A stretch of DNA of 64,000 nucleotides from Octopus vulgaris (Eukaryota), in contig OX597825.1 of the NCBI GenBank assembly GCA_951406725.2, positions 21,390,001 to 21,454,000 of the forward strand, in the 5' to 3' direction. The notes beneath the pieces are model-generated. The model was not told the origin of the DNA. It did not search any database and saw only the letters and a list, made by a program, of their open reading frames with translations. The position numbers and the translations under genes were made by a program. Shown piece after piece: positions 26,085 to 40,159 of this stretch. Position 1 is the first letter of the stretch. The number at the start of each line of letters is the position of its first letter.

Positions 26085-26493
26085 TACTCTGTTACTCTTT
26101 TACTTGTTTTAGTCATTTGACTGCGGCCATGCTGGAGCACCGCCTTTAGTCGAGCAAATCGACCCCGGGACTTATTCTTTGTAAGCCCAGTACATATTTT
26201 ATTGGTCTCTTTTGCCGAACCGCTAAGTGACGGGGACGTAAACACACCAGCATCGGTTGTCAAGCAATGCTAGGGGGACAAACACAGACACACAAACACA
26301 CACACACACACACACATACATATATATATATACATATATACGACAGGCTTCTTTCAGTTTCCGTCTACCAAATCCACTCACAAGGCATTGTTCGGCCTGG
26401 GGCTATAGCAGAAGACACTTGCCCAAGATGCCACGCAGTGGGACTGAACCCGGAACCATGTGGTTGGTAAGCAAGCTACTTACCACACAGCCA
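26085..26493 (-). mobile_element. SINE family A
   Basis: Reverse complement of family A. Confidence 0.9.
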
Positions 26494-26973
26494 CATATAT
26501 ATATACGAAGGCTTCCACACAGTTTCCATGTACCAAATTCCTCCACAAGGTATTTGTCGCGAGATTATAGTAGAAGACGCCTGCCCACCGTGCCGTGCCA
26601 TGATATTGAACGAAAGAACGTGCTGTTGCATCGCTAGTTTCTCACCCACACAGTAATATCTGCGCCTAGGTTTTGTGGTTTTCCTTTCCGTTTTCCCCAC
26701 CCATAGTTCGGCTTAGCCTTTTATTAATTGTCTTGGCTTAGATAAATATAATAACCATTCCTCTATTGGACTCTTTTCGGTATTCATTTTCTCTCATTCT
26801 TTCAACTCAACCCGGAAGAAATCAGATGCCCGAGGCAAACCGTGTGACGAGTCGGCGGCACTACAACTTCAACTTGAGTTGAGAATCTAAACTCGAGGCA
26901 CGCACACACACACACACTCACACACACACACACACACACACATATACATATATATATACGTACACACACACAA

Positions 26974-27013
<40 letters not shown>

Positions 27014-27103
27014 GTATAAGGGTGAAAAGGAACACACGAGTTGATATATATGAAAAAACAAGTCAAGATAGAAAATGCTAAAATAATTTTATAAAGAACA
27101 TTT

Positions 27104-27141
27104 CAGTACCGGTTTCGGTCATTTTGAGACCTTTTCAACTG
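27104..27141 (-). ncRNA. Minimal hammerhead motif, U3-A8 core variant
   Basis: CAG-TTGAAAA-GGTC-tcaaaat-GACC-GAAA-CCGG-TA-CTG: stems I and II are perfect, stem III is palindromic. Confidence 0.7.
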
Positions 27142-27166
27142 TAACGATTGAATAATTCAATTTAGA

Positions 27167-27198
<32 letters not shown>

Positions 27199-27438
27199 TC
27201 TACCAAATATATACATTTTATTTATTTTGCACATTACTTAATCATTGGTATATTTTTTATCTTATATTTAATATTTCTATTATATGTAATTTTCTAGATG
27301 GTGTAATTTTTATTTTTCATTTTGAATTGATAGAATATATTTTTTTATAATTTATATATATTATATTATATTTTGTGAACTTTGATTTAGTATTTCTAAA
27401 TTGAATATTACCCTGTAAGTTTGGAATAATATTCCCTC

Positions 27439-27474
<36 letters not shown>

Positions 27475-27780
27475 TAATAATAAAGGGTGAAATTAATTAA
27501 TTAGGGATAATTATCAATTACACCAAGTAGATTTCGGCATGTAAAAGCCCCATTCGAGGAAAATTTAAGTAATACTAAGTAATTAAGGGTTTAGCAACGA
27601 ATTGCCTCACCAACACACCGAATTTAGAAATAGCAGTCAAAGAGATATAGCTATTCCTTCTACTAAAAGGGGGATCTCAGTAAAAACACAGCACTTGAAA
27701 GGCAAACACAGACAGGTAAGAAAGAAAGGTAAACCCTTAATTACTTAGTATATATATATATATAAAACAATACTGGGAGG

Positions 27781-28820
27781 ATAGGGACGGAGCGAAGTGA
27801 AAATTCGAAAATTCGAAAATTCAAACGAACCCGACGCGAGCGCTGTCAGACAATAGTGTAATAAATAAAATATATGCATACATACAAACATATATGTACG
27901 TACCGACATCTACATGTATATACATGCACATATAAATATATATACGTACAGGACACCACAAAAAGACGTAAAACTCAACAGAAACGGAAACGGAAAAGCC
28001 ATTTTGTTACAACAGAAGGACAGAGACGTGGAACAGGACGAGAAAGAAAACGGGAAAAACATTATTTACAACAGAAAAACGAGGTACAGGACATGCTACA
28101 CAAGGAAAAATCCCCTTCATCAGCTGTCACAAGCAGACATAGCGTGTTTCGAAGGCAAGACAGGACACGACTGTTCAATGTTAGGCCTTCCTGCGAGAGA
28201 ATTAAAATAAAATAACCTCGCAGAGGTAAAACAAGCAAGAAAAAAATGTAACACAAAAAGGGACGTAACAAAGAACTGCACAATAAAATACAAGATAAAA
28301 ATACAAAATTAAAAATACATGTACAAGAAAATACAAAACGAGAAATAAATTACAATACGAAAAATCAAAATAAACAAGAGAACAAACGAAAAAAACGAAC
28401 GAAAGGCCTTTGTTCTGGCAGGGACGGAAGAGGTAACTGGCGAGCGCAGGGAAACCTGACCTTACGGCCTGAAAGCAACGTGCGAAAGGATTAGCAGTGA
28501 CGAAAGTGAGAAGGAGTGAGATAGAGAGAGAGAGACAGATAAAGGAAGACACGCGCTGAGAGAAGGATGAGGAAGAGGGAGAGAGAGAAAGAGAGAGGGG
28601 AAGGCAAAGCAAAGGGAGAGAATTTCGCGTCATAGAGACGGAACGAAGTGAAAATTCGAAAATTCGAACGAACCCGACGCGAGCGCTGTCAGACAATAGT
28701 GTAATAAATAAAATATATACATACATACAAACATATATGTACATACCGACATCTACATGTATATATACATGCATATATAAATATATATATAAATATATAT
28801 AATTTTCGAATTTTCACTTT
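27781..28820 (-). mobile_element. Non-coding element with ~160-bp direct terminal repeats (period 851 bp) and an internal type II HHR-like motif (about 28110-28157)
   Basis: 27781-27944 matches 28632-28790; short inverted copy AATTTTCGAATTTTCACTT at 28801-28820; minus strand CCTTC-GAAA-CA.....TG-TC...CTGATGA-AGGGG. Confidence 0.65.
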
Positions 28821-29154
28821 GCCGAGGTGGAAATCCACAACACCATCTCTTCGGTTATCTGGCCATCTATCTATCTATATATATATATATATATATATAT
28901 TTCTATATATACATATGTATGTATTTGTTTTTGTTTGTTTTTGTTTTTCCAGTTTCAGCTCTTGAGCTGTGGCCATGCTGGGGCACCGCCATTGTGGTGA
29001 AAGAGTACAGCAGGGATCACCACCCCCTGCCGGAGCCTCGTAGAGCTTTTAGGTGTTTTCGCTCAATAAACACACACAACGCCCGGTCTGAGAATCGAAA
29101 CCGCGATCCTGCGACCGCGAGTCCGCTGCCCTAACCACTAGGCCATTGCGCCTC

Positions 29155-29293
<139 letters not shown>

Positions 29294-30731
29294 GTATATA
29301 TTTGATTTCCAAATAGTATCCATCCTTGACGGAGCTGTTTACAACGTTAGCATTGCGAGTCTTAATGTTCTTCTCACTTATATCAATCAACGAACCCAGA
29401 TATAAAAGAAAAATCAGCTACTTTTTTCAATTCGTATCCATTCATTCTTAATATTTAGCTATCTTCTTGGCTATAAGCCATGCACTTCGTTTAACGCTGG
29501 TTTCCGTGTAAGCCAGAGCGTGAAGCGCAGGACTCAGCTCGCAATAGAAACAGTCAAGCGTGTTCTATTATTTCAGATAACTACGCTATGTCATCGGCAT
29601 AATCTTTTTTTTTTTTTGTGAAACAATGCAAGATGTCTCCTGCTACACATTTGTTGTAATCTAAAGCCAATGTATTTGTCATGTTTTGTCGCTTCTCTCA
29701 TCGCATAGTCTAGTGCTATTATGAATAAGAACTCAGAACTTATCGGCAGACGAAATACCTATTTCTTTACTACCCACAATATATATATATAATTGTTCTT
29801 TGTGCTGAAATCAATAGAACAATGCAGAATTCTTAATTCTACTACGGTTAATAATTTTTTTTCGCAATTTCATTTATAATTTTTCTAACTTCATATCATT
29901 TCGTATGTTTCACGATATACTTTGTTTATTATTTATCATTATTATCATTCATTTATTATTCCATTTCCTTTCTTTAACGAAACATTTTGTAAAATTTACG
30001 GCTGATATCATCATACAATTGTTGGATTCACCTTGCCTATTTATTATCTATCCTAAAATATGAATAACACCTGTTGAACTTTATTTGGTTTGTTTTTTTG
30101 CATTTTTTGATATTTGAACTTCTACTGGATCTTTCCATTTTGACCTACAGATCTAAAAAATAATTTTTTATAACTAAACACTTTCAAACTTAGGACACTG
30201 GTTGAATGTGTCATATAAAATATCTTTTACCCCTAGCATTTTTGAGAAAAACTTATATTTACGAAGTAATTTCACGTTAAATTGGTCCTATTTCGGTAAT
30301 TTCAACCAACCAATGACGTGTATTCAGCTGAATAAAATTACTGCCGTTGTTTGTCAACAAGAACTTTTTGCGGTGTATTCTTCGTTTGTCACTGTTTACA
30401 CTTGCTTGTTGTTCATACACCTGTCTTCGTTTTTTGTTTCATATATATACATATATATATATATATATGCATGCATGTATGTATGTATGTATGTATGTAT
30501 GTATGTATGTATGTATGTATGTATGTATGTATGTATGTATTTATGTATGTATGTGTATCTATAGGGCATGCGCGTGCAATAAGACTCAAGCCCAAAGGAA
30601 CGTTACGCTTCGTCTGACGACATATTGGCGTAACTTAAAAACCCTGTCGACACGAATTTTAACAATAAACTCTATTCGTGGTTTCAGCACTCAGCCCCGT
30701 TCAACTTTGATTTAGAATATTAATCTCGTTT

Positions 30732-30818
<87 letters not shown>

Positions 30819-31179
30819 TGTGTATGCATATTGACCAAAGTATACAAATCAACACGTATTTTTGACCCATGGGAACTAGCAATCTAGATAAACTGGATAT
30901 CATAACGAAACCAACGAATATAAATAAATAACAATAAACAATGAGTTGGGTAATGTGAAGCGACAGCACAACAATAGAAAGAGACACCACCTAACCATAC
31001 TCGACCAATGAAAACACTAGGCTCACACTGAAGAAGAACGAGCCTGCTTGAATGCCCGGAGGAACATTTTACTGTGATGAGATCACAGTAAGATCAAAAC
31101 AGCCAAGAAACAGAGTGCAGCTTACATACATAAATACATACATACATACGTACGTACGTACATACGTACATACATACAT

Positions 31180-31488
31180 GAGAAACTGTACACTGTTGTG
31201 GAGATTAGCTGCCTAGTGGATGCTAACATAAAGCTGAAGATCAGTGAAAAAGAGAACACCTATGCTGAAATATTGATAAACCTGCAGTTACTCTATCCAG
31301 ATTACAAGTTCAGGATTATACCTGTAATTATTGGGGCACTGGAATATGTAACATACTGCCTAAATACTAATCTTGAGAAACTAGGCTTCTCAAAACAAGA
31401 AAGGAGGGAGCTAATTCGAAGACTACAGATCCAACCCATCACTGGAGCTGTGAAAATCTGTAAAACTTTCCAGACGTTTAGCATTTAA
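31180..31488 (+). mobile_element. 3' fragment of RLE-type non-LTR retrotransposon
   Basis: CTLVEISCLVDANI...EKENTY..L..NLQLLYPDYKFRIIPVIIGALEY...LEKLGF is typical of a restriction-like endonuclease C-terminus. Confidence 0.8.
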
Positions 31489-31554
31489 ATGCATATGAGC
31501 ATGTCTAGGTATTCAACTACATGCATGAGAATACATACATAATGTAATGTCCCT

Positions 31555-32065
31555 GATTATCTATGACTTCCTTCCGTCTATTTACATGCTTTTTAATCCC
31601 ATCAATGTATAAAACTCTTTTGGTTTCAAAGCGAAGAACTCTGAAATGTCAGTTTCGAACTCTTCCTGGTTTGCGAAAGTTATGTCACACAAACTACGAA
31701 ATAAATGGGAGTCTGAAGGAGCAAGGTCGGGAGAATAAGGTGGATGAGAAATTTTTACCCAACCAAGCTCTTCGATCTTCTGTGATATGATCTTATGAAA
31801 CATATTCCTTTTCAGTTCACTTTAGTGGGTCTTTTTTTCTTCAAAGCTTGGTTCAAACGCTCTAATTGCTGACAGTAGATTTGAGTATTGATTGTTGCAT
31901 TAGGTGGCAACAATTCAAACGTCCTGTACGATATTCATCTTCAAGGCTGAAATCTCCACTTCTGAATTTTGCAAACCATTTTCTGAAAGTTTTTACATTC
32001 AAGTTTTCTTTCCCATAACCTGAGTGTATGTTTCGAGTCACTTCGGTTGCAGCAACAAGCTTTGA
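31555..32065 (-). mobile_element. Internally deleted mariner (DD34D-type) transposase relic
   Basis: HPPYSPDLAPSD.HLFRSL motif, upstream TINTQIYCQQLERL, and N-terminal WFAKFRSGDFSLEDE.RTGR joined directly to the catalytic region. Confidence 0.88.
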
Positions 32066-32299
32066 GACAGACGAGAATGCGTCTTATATCTGTAACTGAT
32101 CGAAAGGTAAGAAACTCAAGTTAGGAAAAGAAAGATGGCCGATGGTCACGTGTTAGGAACGAGAGAGCAAAGGAGGAAGAGAGAGGGGCAGATACAGAAC
32201 GGTTAAGGGGAGAGGAAAAGAATTAGAGAAAGAATGAGGGAGAAAAAACGAAAGGGAAGAAGAGATAAAAAGAATTATATATATATATATGTATATATG

Positions 32300-32433
32300 T
32301 AAACAGTAAAAAATAAATGCAGACATGGACAAGAACATGAAACACCAAAGAGACGACACAAGAACCACAGGACGGGACATTCGAAGCCCTCAGTCATCAG
32401 TCAAGAACCAGATCATCTTCGCAATTTCGGCTG

Positions 32434-32435
<2 letters not shown>
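32300..32435 (-). mobile_element. Short repeat family H2 copy (second copy about 55480-55635) with GAAA...CTGATGA permuted motif
   Basis: Shared ACGGG.CATTCGAAG...AGTC.AG.ACCAGAT.ATCTTCGCAATTTCGGC; both copies flank (TA)n. Confidence 0.55.
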
Positions 32436-32526
<91 letters not shown>

Positions 32527-32760
32527 GTGTGTGTGTATATATTCTGCCACATATATTGAGTACTCTCTACCATTTTGGTAAAAGAAACTATAAACTTCGA
32601 ACATCCTTATCCATATTGACACACATGCGTACGCACACACACATGCATGATCTTTGGTTCATGTAGGCATGTATTTCCTATTAACGCTATCATCTCTCTC
32701 TCTCCCTCTAACCGTCTGTCTATCTCTCTGTTTATCTATCTATCTGCCTGTCTGTCCGTA

Positions 32761-32819
<59 letters not shown>

Positions 32820-32916
32820 TAAATATGTACTCGAATGTATGTATTCTTACACACACATATACACATTCAAACACACACAAACGCATGTATAATTCTATAG
32901 ATTTATAAATATAAAC

Positions 32917-32959
<43 letters not shown>

Positions 32960-33528
32960 ATATATACATGTATATATCACATAATTCTCTTTGCTCGTGC
33001 ATACCACACACTCGAACACACGTCCACATAACAGACATGTGTGCGTTATGTGCGTTCACATAAATAACCGTTCACATCAGCACATAGGCGTTTAGCCAGT
33101 CTGTGTGAAAAAATTAACCCCGCTAATCGTTTTGTGGTTCATAAAACAACCATAAACGAAGTAGACTGTGTCTTTGTGTAAACAATGACAAGAAAAAATA
33201 CCAAAACAAAAACAAAAAAACATAAACACAAGGAAAGCTAAAAAATGACAGAAAGATATAGAAATAAGGAAAGGAAAAAAAAAAAAAAGAGAAAATGGCG
33301 AATGTATTCAGAGAAAAAGCAGTAAAGGGTTTAGCAAGTGTTTTGTTGGTTGAAAAGAATTGTTAAGAGCACAAGTTATGTTCCGATGTCTTGTGCTGTT
33401 CTGTTGGTGTGTTGCATTTATTATTGTAAGGGACACACTCACACACAGGCACGCACACCCGCTCGCGCGCCCACACTCACACTCTAGAACACGTACACAC
33501 ACGTATGCATATATACGTATATATATAT

Positions 33529-33568
<40 letters not shown>

Positions 33569-33644
33569 GTATATATATATATATATATAAATGTATATAT
33601 ATATGTATTGTATATATATATACATATAATGTATACATGTATAT

Positions 33645-33684
<40 letters not shown>

Positions 33685-33738
33685 TATCTATCTATATATA
33701 TATATCTATATACACATATATAAATGTATATGCATATG

Positions 33739-33786
<48 letters not shown>

Positions 33787-33900
33787 CACATATATATATA
33801 TACATGCATATACGAATATCTATTAATATACATACATGCACACACATAAATATAAATATATTTATATCTATCTATCTATCCATATATATATATATATGTT

Positions 33901-33982
<82 letters not shown>

Positions 33983-34518
33983 ATACACAGATAAATTTGT
34001 GTGTGTGCGTGTGGCATGTATTTGCCCCTCCCCCCAACACACACATGCGCGCACACTCACAGAATTCCGCTTGGCTGCATCTTGCATGCCATCCTTCCGG
34101 AGTCAATAAAATGAGTACCTGCAATATGCCTAAGCTCGATTCAATCGACCATTCTATCTCCTGTGTAGTCTTAAAAATAAACCCCCAAAAAAACCTCATG
34201 CGTTCATCCAAAAAGAATTAGGAGAACTATGTTGAATATTTGAAGCACAGGTGGCGTTAGTTGTATTGTTTATTCAGCCGTGGTTATCGCAGTGGGGCCC
34301 TCATTATTGTGGTCGTTGGGCCTATATAGATTTTGAAGCAATAGTATATAACCAGTCAGAAACAGTGGAGCTATTTCGTAAATGCGATAAAGAAACTCGT
34401 ATGTTCTGTGGTGTGTGAAGTAATTTTTCTCCAACACTCTGTCACCAGAACACACACACACACGCACACACACACACACACACATGCACACACACACACA
34501 CATACACACGCACACGCA

Positions 34519-34572
<54 letters not shown>

Positions 34573-34792
34573 TTCTCTCTGTGTTGTGGATTTTGGGAGA
34601 TGTGTACGTAGTTATGGGTGAGTGGTGAAGAAGTTTGGTTTGCAGCCAAGTAGGTTTTGAGTTCAAAACCACTGCGTTACATCTCAGACAATTGTTTTCT
34701 ACAATATCTTTAGGAGATTGTTTCCCTATTTTATTGATGATAGAGTTCATTAGACGTATGCTGCAGCAGACTCTTTGATATATATATACATA

Positions 34793-34858
<66 letters not shown>

Positions 34859-35108
34859 TGCGTATAATAAGGGATGATCACTAAGTAGACATCCAATATG
34901 CTAGACGATCACCTACTATCTAACCACAAAGAAAAGAATGTTCTCTAGAGAAATTCAGCAAACACCAGAACATAAGCAGGTAAGACAGATGAAAATATAC
35001 AAAAATTTCAGAGATTATAGTTCATCACCATTCTATATTGTAAATCTGTGGTTGTGCTATGTATGTATGTATTTATGTGTGTATGTGTGTGTGTGTATGT
35101 GTGTGTAT

Positions 35109-35149
<41 letters not shown>

Positions 35150-35199
35150 GGTGATGATTTGATTGAGGCTCCTATGATCTTGGAAAGTGAGAGGGACAT

Positions 35200-36930
35200 A
35201 AAGCATAAAGAGAAAGAGAAACACTAGGGTGAATGGTATGTAATACGTTTTTGAAAAGAATTCTTTGGCCTTGACAAATTTGGTAGTCGTACAGTGAAAG
35301 TGAAAGAAAAACCCGAAAGATACCAAGAGGATATGATTTGTGGACGAATGCCTGACTAGAAAGCTTGAAATACAGCCAGGAGACTACATCACATCTTCGT
35401 TCCATTTCGAAACTGATGACAGAGACTAAATCTGTTCATGTTTGAAAGAAATACGACCAATGAAATAACTGAATATTCCTTCGGTTTGAAGGTTCGAAAC
35501 AAGCGAAGGGCCTAATATCAGAAACAGGTGTAATGCTAACATACTTAATGGTGAACAATCTATAGGGTATTATCAAAGACCAACGACTCAAGGAAGTGAA
35601 CGAAGTAGTCAAAATGCAAGCATTCTATATAGAAAAGAACGAAAACTTGTGAACGGAAGAAACTGAAGTTGATTTTAAGAAAGAATCGTGCATAAATTGA
35701 AAGGAAAGATCATTACAATGTACAGTGTAATAGAAGGATGCCGCTGGCATAGAAGCACATATGAGGTACGTCAATGTAAGGAAGATCATTTTGAACTACG
35801 TTTCAAGACTAAATTCCTTCACACTCCAGAAGTAATATAAGAAATCCCGGTTGGTCTCTTTGGCGCCGATGGTTATGCAGAAATAACAAAAGAAGAAATG
35901 GAAGAATTAATGAAAAGACTGACCAAACATAAAGGCATCTCTGAAGTATCGGAGGAGAACAGATGGTTGATATGTTACACGTAATATTGAGAATTGTATA
36001 AAGCAGTGAGCTGGCAGAATCATTAGCGCGATGGACAAAATGCTTTGTGGTAATTCTTGCGACTCTTTACCTTCTAAGTTCAAACCCCGCCGAGGACAAC
36101 TTTGCTTTTATATTTTCAGAGTCGTTGAAATGAATACCAGTTGAACGCTGGGGTTGATGTAATCGACTAATCCACTTCCTCTTACAATTGCTGGCCTTGT
36201 ACCAAAAATAGAAAGAATATTTAGAGCTATTTAGAAAAAAAGCAAAGAGATCGAAAGACTGACACTAACATTTTAAATGGTTGATAATCAATGGCGAAGC
36301 TTCAGGGCAATGCTTCTCGTGTCAATACAGCAAAATTTATTCAGAGAAATTTAGATTTAAACTGAAGAAATGGTGAAAACGATTCAATTTAATTGTGTGT
36401 CAATCTTGTTTCTTTATTGCCCACAAGGGGCTAAACATAGAGGGGTCAAATAAGGACAGACAAAGGGATTAAGTCGATTACATCGACCCAAGTGCGTAAC
36501 TGGTACTTAATTTATCGACCCCGAAAGGATGAAAGGCAAAGTCGACCTCGGTGGAATTTGAACTCAGAACGTAAGGGCAGGCGAAATACCGCTAAGCATT
36601 TTGCCAGGCGTCCTAACGTTTCTGCCAGCTCGAGGCACAAAATGGCATCAAGTATACTTACACTTCATTGACATCAAAGCTGCTTTTGATATAATCTGGG
36701 TTTTATACAAATTATGGCCACAAAAAGTAAAGATTCCAAAATAATACCAATTGTAGAGGGGTTATACATTGATATTGAATGTGTCTTAAATATGGACGGT
36801 CAGTTGATGGATTGACTTGACGTATGCGTTGGTGTGAGACAAGTTTGCATGCTACTTAACATTCTTTTCAATATAAGTTTTAAATGTTCTAGCATTCACA
36901 GACGTCTTTTCCTTAAATACGCCAACAACA
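35200..36930 (+). mobile_element. Decayed APE-type LINE ORF2 (RT), interrupted by family B SINEs (about 36005-36220 +, 36405-36632 -)
   Basis: FIDIKAAFD (36664), GVRQVCMLL.ILFNI (36831) and YANN (36918, YADD position). The 5' boundary is uncertain. Confidence 0.7.
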
Positions 36931-37089
36931 CGATCCAAATATCAAGTAAACATTTGGTGAAGGATCTAAAATTTCGGCAAGAAATTAGATGGTGCAATGC
37001 ACAAGAATCTGTTGCCGAGCAAAGAATTGATCAGAGAGGATGATTCTCACATCTAGAACACAACAGCATTGCTGTATTTCGCGGCAATA

Positions 37090-37630
37090 TAGCACCAAAT
37101 AGATAAGAAAGCATGAAAAACAGTCTCTCATTAGCACCCACACCATCCGGAAAATAAGAAACACAATCTAGAAAAGGTGGTATGTCGGTCAGCGACACAA
37201 ATTGAGGCTATCAACAGCTTTTATTTTCTATTTCTAACCGAGGCCTCTACAAATGTGGGCTTTAAAACTTTGAAGTTACATATAGGCTAGAATTTCCAAA
37301 TAAGCAATCTCTACTGTCTTTACGGCGATAATATTTTGAGCGGGGCATAGAAATATTTCATTACAAAAATTGGAGAATAGCTATGAAACAGCATTTCTAC
37401 GAAGCCCCTAGTACTTATAACAACAACAACAACAACAATAATAATGATAATAATAATAATACCTAGCACCAAATAGATAAGAAAGCATGAAAAACAGACT
37501 CTCACTAACACCCATAGCATCTGGAAGAATAAGAAACACAATCTGGAAAAGGTGGTACGTCGGTCAGCGACACAAATTGAGGCTATCAACAGCTCTTATT
37601 TTCTATCTCTAACTCAGGCCTCAACAAATG
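37090..37630 (+). repeat. ~166-bp dispersed direct duplication
   Basis: 37090-37255 matches 37464-37630 (TAGCACCAAATAGATAAGAAAGC...GGCCTC.ACAAATG), with scattered substitutions. Confidence 0.9.
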
Positions 37631-37657
37631 ATAATAATAATAATAATAATAATAATG

Positions 37658-37702
<45 letters not shown>

Positions 37703-39057
37703 GTAATGATAATAATAATGCCCTGATGCAATACTACGCTGTAGCTTTCATGACTTCTGATCTTAACTGCTCGGAAGTCTTAACAAGTACTTAATTTGTC
37801 TTCGTGAAAAAGATGGGCTATAGCACACATCCTGCGCAAAACCACAGATTTGCTTCTCAGTTGCTTGACCTCAACCAGTTGTGCATGTCCCTTAGTGGCT
37901 GACGATATGTACACGGAGTAGTGGGGGATCATCATACCATGTGCTGAGAGGAATTCTTTAGGGTTTGAATAATTCATTTTTGGAAACATGGGCGTTTCGT
38001 TCAAAATCCTTAAACTGTTCTTATCGAAGGTTGTTGAACACAAGTAGCAATTCTTACTTATGTGGAACACAAGCGTGAGAATTGTTACTTGTGGAAACTT
38101 GTGCATTCGGCACAACGTCCTTACGACCAGGTTAGATAATGAAAGATATTAGAAATGGCCCATGCATTATCGATTCGCAGAAAACTGACCTTCTGTATTC
38201 TGCAAAGGTCACAAGAAACACATGATGCCATTTGTTACAAAGCTTCAGGATAACATCTCTTCTAATCACATTAGCATGTAATAACAATTTGTAGACCAAC
38301 AATAACAACAACAACAATAACAAAATTTGATTAAGTATATTGGCACAAAGTCACATATTTTGTTGGAGAGGATTTTCATTTAGTAGACATAATTGATGAC
38401 TGGTACTAAAAGAGCAAACTAAATTCCGGTGGGATCTGAATTCAGTCAAAATGTCGCAACTTTGGGGTCGGGTAGACGATTTGTACCGAACCCCAGAGGA
38501 AGAAAAGCGAAGATGACATCAAATTTGAACTCAAGACATAAAATGGTTGGATGGTTTGGTTAAATACCGTACGGCAATTTTCCCGTTAAGGCGGCGAGAT
38601 GGAAGAATCTTTAACTGGGAGGATATAATGCTTAGCGGCATTTTTTACCGGCTCTTCATGATCTTAGTTCAAATGATATGGAGGTCAACCTTGCTTTCAG
38701 TATCGATAAAAGAAAATACTAGTGAAGTACTTAAGCCCGATGAAATCGATTTGCCCCTTTCCCTCTAAATTTCGGGCCTTGAACCCTGCAACGGACCGGC
38801 GTTCCGTTCATGGGAAATATTGTGATCTCGGTGCAAAACCGGATAAGCGGCTTTATAAGTCCTAGAAAAATATAATGAGCCCCCACTTTAAACAGATTTA
38901 ACAATCTACCGCCATTGAAGATGGTAAAAAAAGGAGGATATGTAAGCAAAGTCATTACCTAAGAATAAACAGAAGAAACTGAAAATAAATTGTACCCCAC
39001 CTCCATGAAAGACAGGAGAAAAAACAAAACAACAAGCTAACCTCAATAATAATAATC

Positions 39058-39700
39058 ATGGTTTCAAATTTTGCCACAAGGGCAGCCATTTTTAGGGAGG
39101 GGATGAGTCGATTACTTCGACCCCAATTTTCAACTTGTACTTATTTTATCGACCTGGAAAGAATGAAAGATAAAGTCAACCTTGGAGGAATTTGAACTCA
39201 GAACGTAGCGACGGGCGAAATACCTATTTCTTTACTACCCAGAAGGGGCTAAACACAGAGAGGATAAACAAGGACAGACAAACGAATTAAGTCGATTATA
39301 TCGACCCCAGTGCGTAACTGGTACTTAATTTATCGACCCCGAAAGGATGAAAGACAAAGTCGACCTCGGCGGAATTTGAACTCAGAACGTAACGGCAAAC
39401 GTAATATGAATAAGCATTTCGTCCAGCATTTCTAACGTTTCTGCCACCACTTTAATAATAATAATAATAATAATAACAACAACAATGGTTCCAAATTTTG
39501 GCACAAGGCCTGCAATTTCAAGAGTGGAGGCAAGTTGATTATTGCAACCCCAATGTTCAACTGGTACTTATTGTACTGACCCCGAGAGGATAAAAGTAAA
39601 GTCGACCTCCCCGGAATTTGAACTCAGATCGCAAAGACGGACGAAATGCCCCCAAAAGCATCTTTGCCTGGTATGCTGACGATTCTGCCAGCTTGCCGAA
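39058..39700 (-). mobile_element. SINE family B tandem cluster
   Basis: Three family B cores. Confidence 0.8.
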
Positions 39701-39915
39701 TATAATCAGTTGAGATTGTATTGTCATGTGGCGAACAGAAGAGATAAGGTGGTGGTGGGCAAGGGAAGGGGGCGGGTGGGAGGGTGTGAAAAGGTTAGAA
39801 TGACAGGAAATAATAACAGCGTCGTGGCAACATAAACCAACACACGTATACAAACACAGACACACATATGTAAACAAACACACACACACACACATATACA
39901 AAGATAATACATACA

Positions 39916-39953
<38 letters not shown>

Positions 39954-40039
39954 ATAATAATAATAATAATACTATGTATATATACACACAGACACGTATA
40001 TATATATATGTATGCGTATATGCATATGCATGTATATAC

Positions 40040-40101
<62 letters not shown>

Positions 40102-40105
40102 ATAC

Positions 40106-40159
<54 letters not shown>

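Noticed and set aside
37715-38300. Possible LINE fragment between (TAA)n and (CAA)n
   Set aside because: It looks repeat-derived, but I could not read a diagnostic protein motif.
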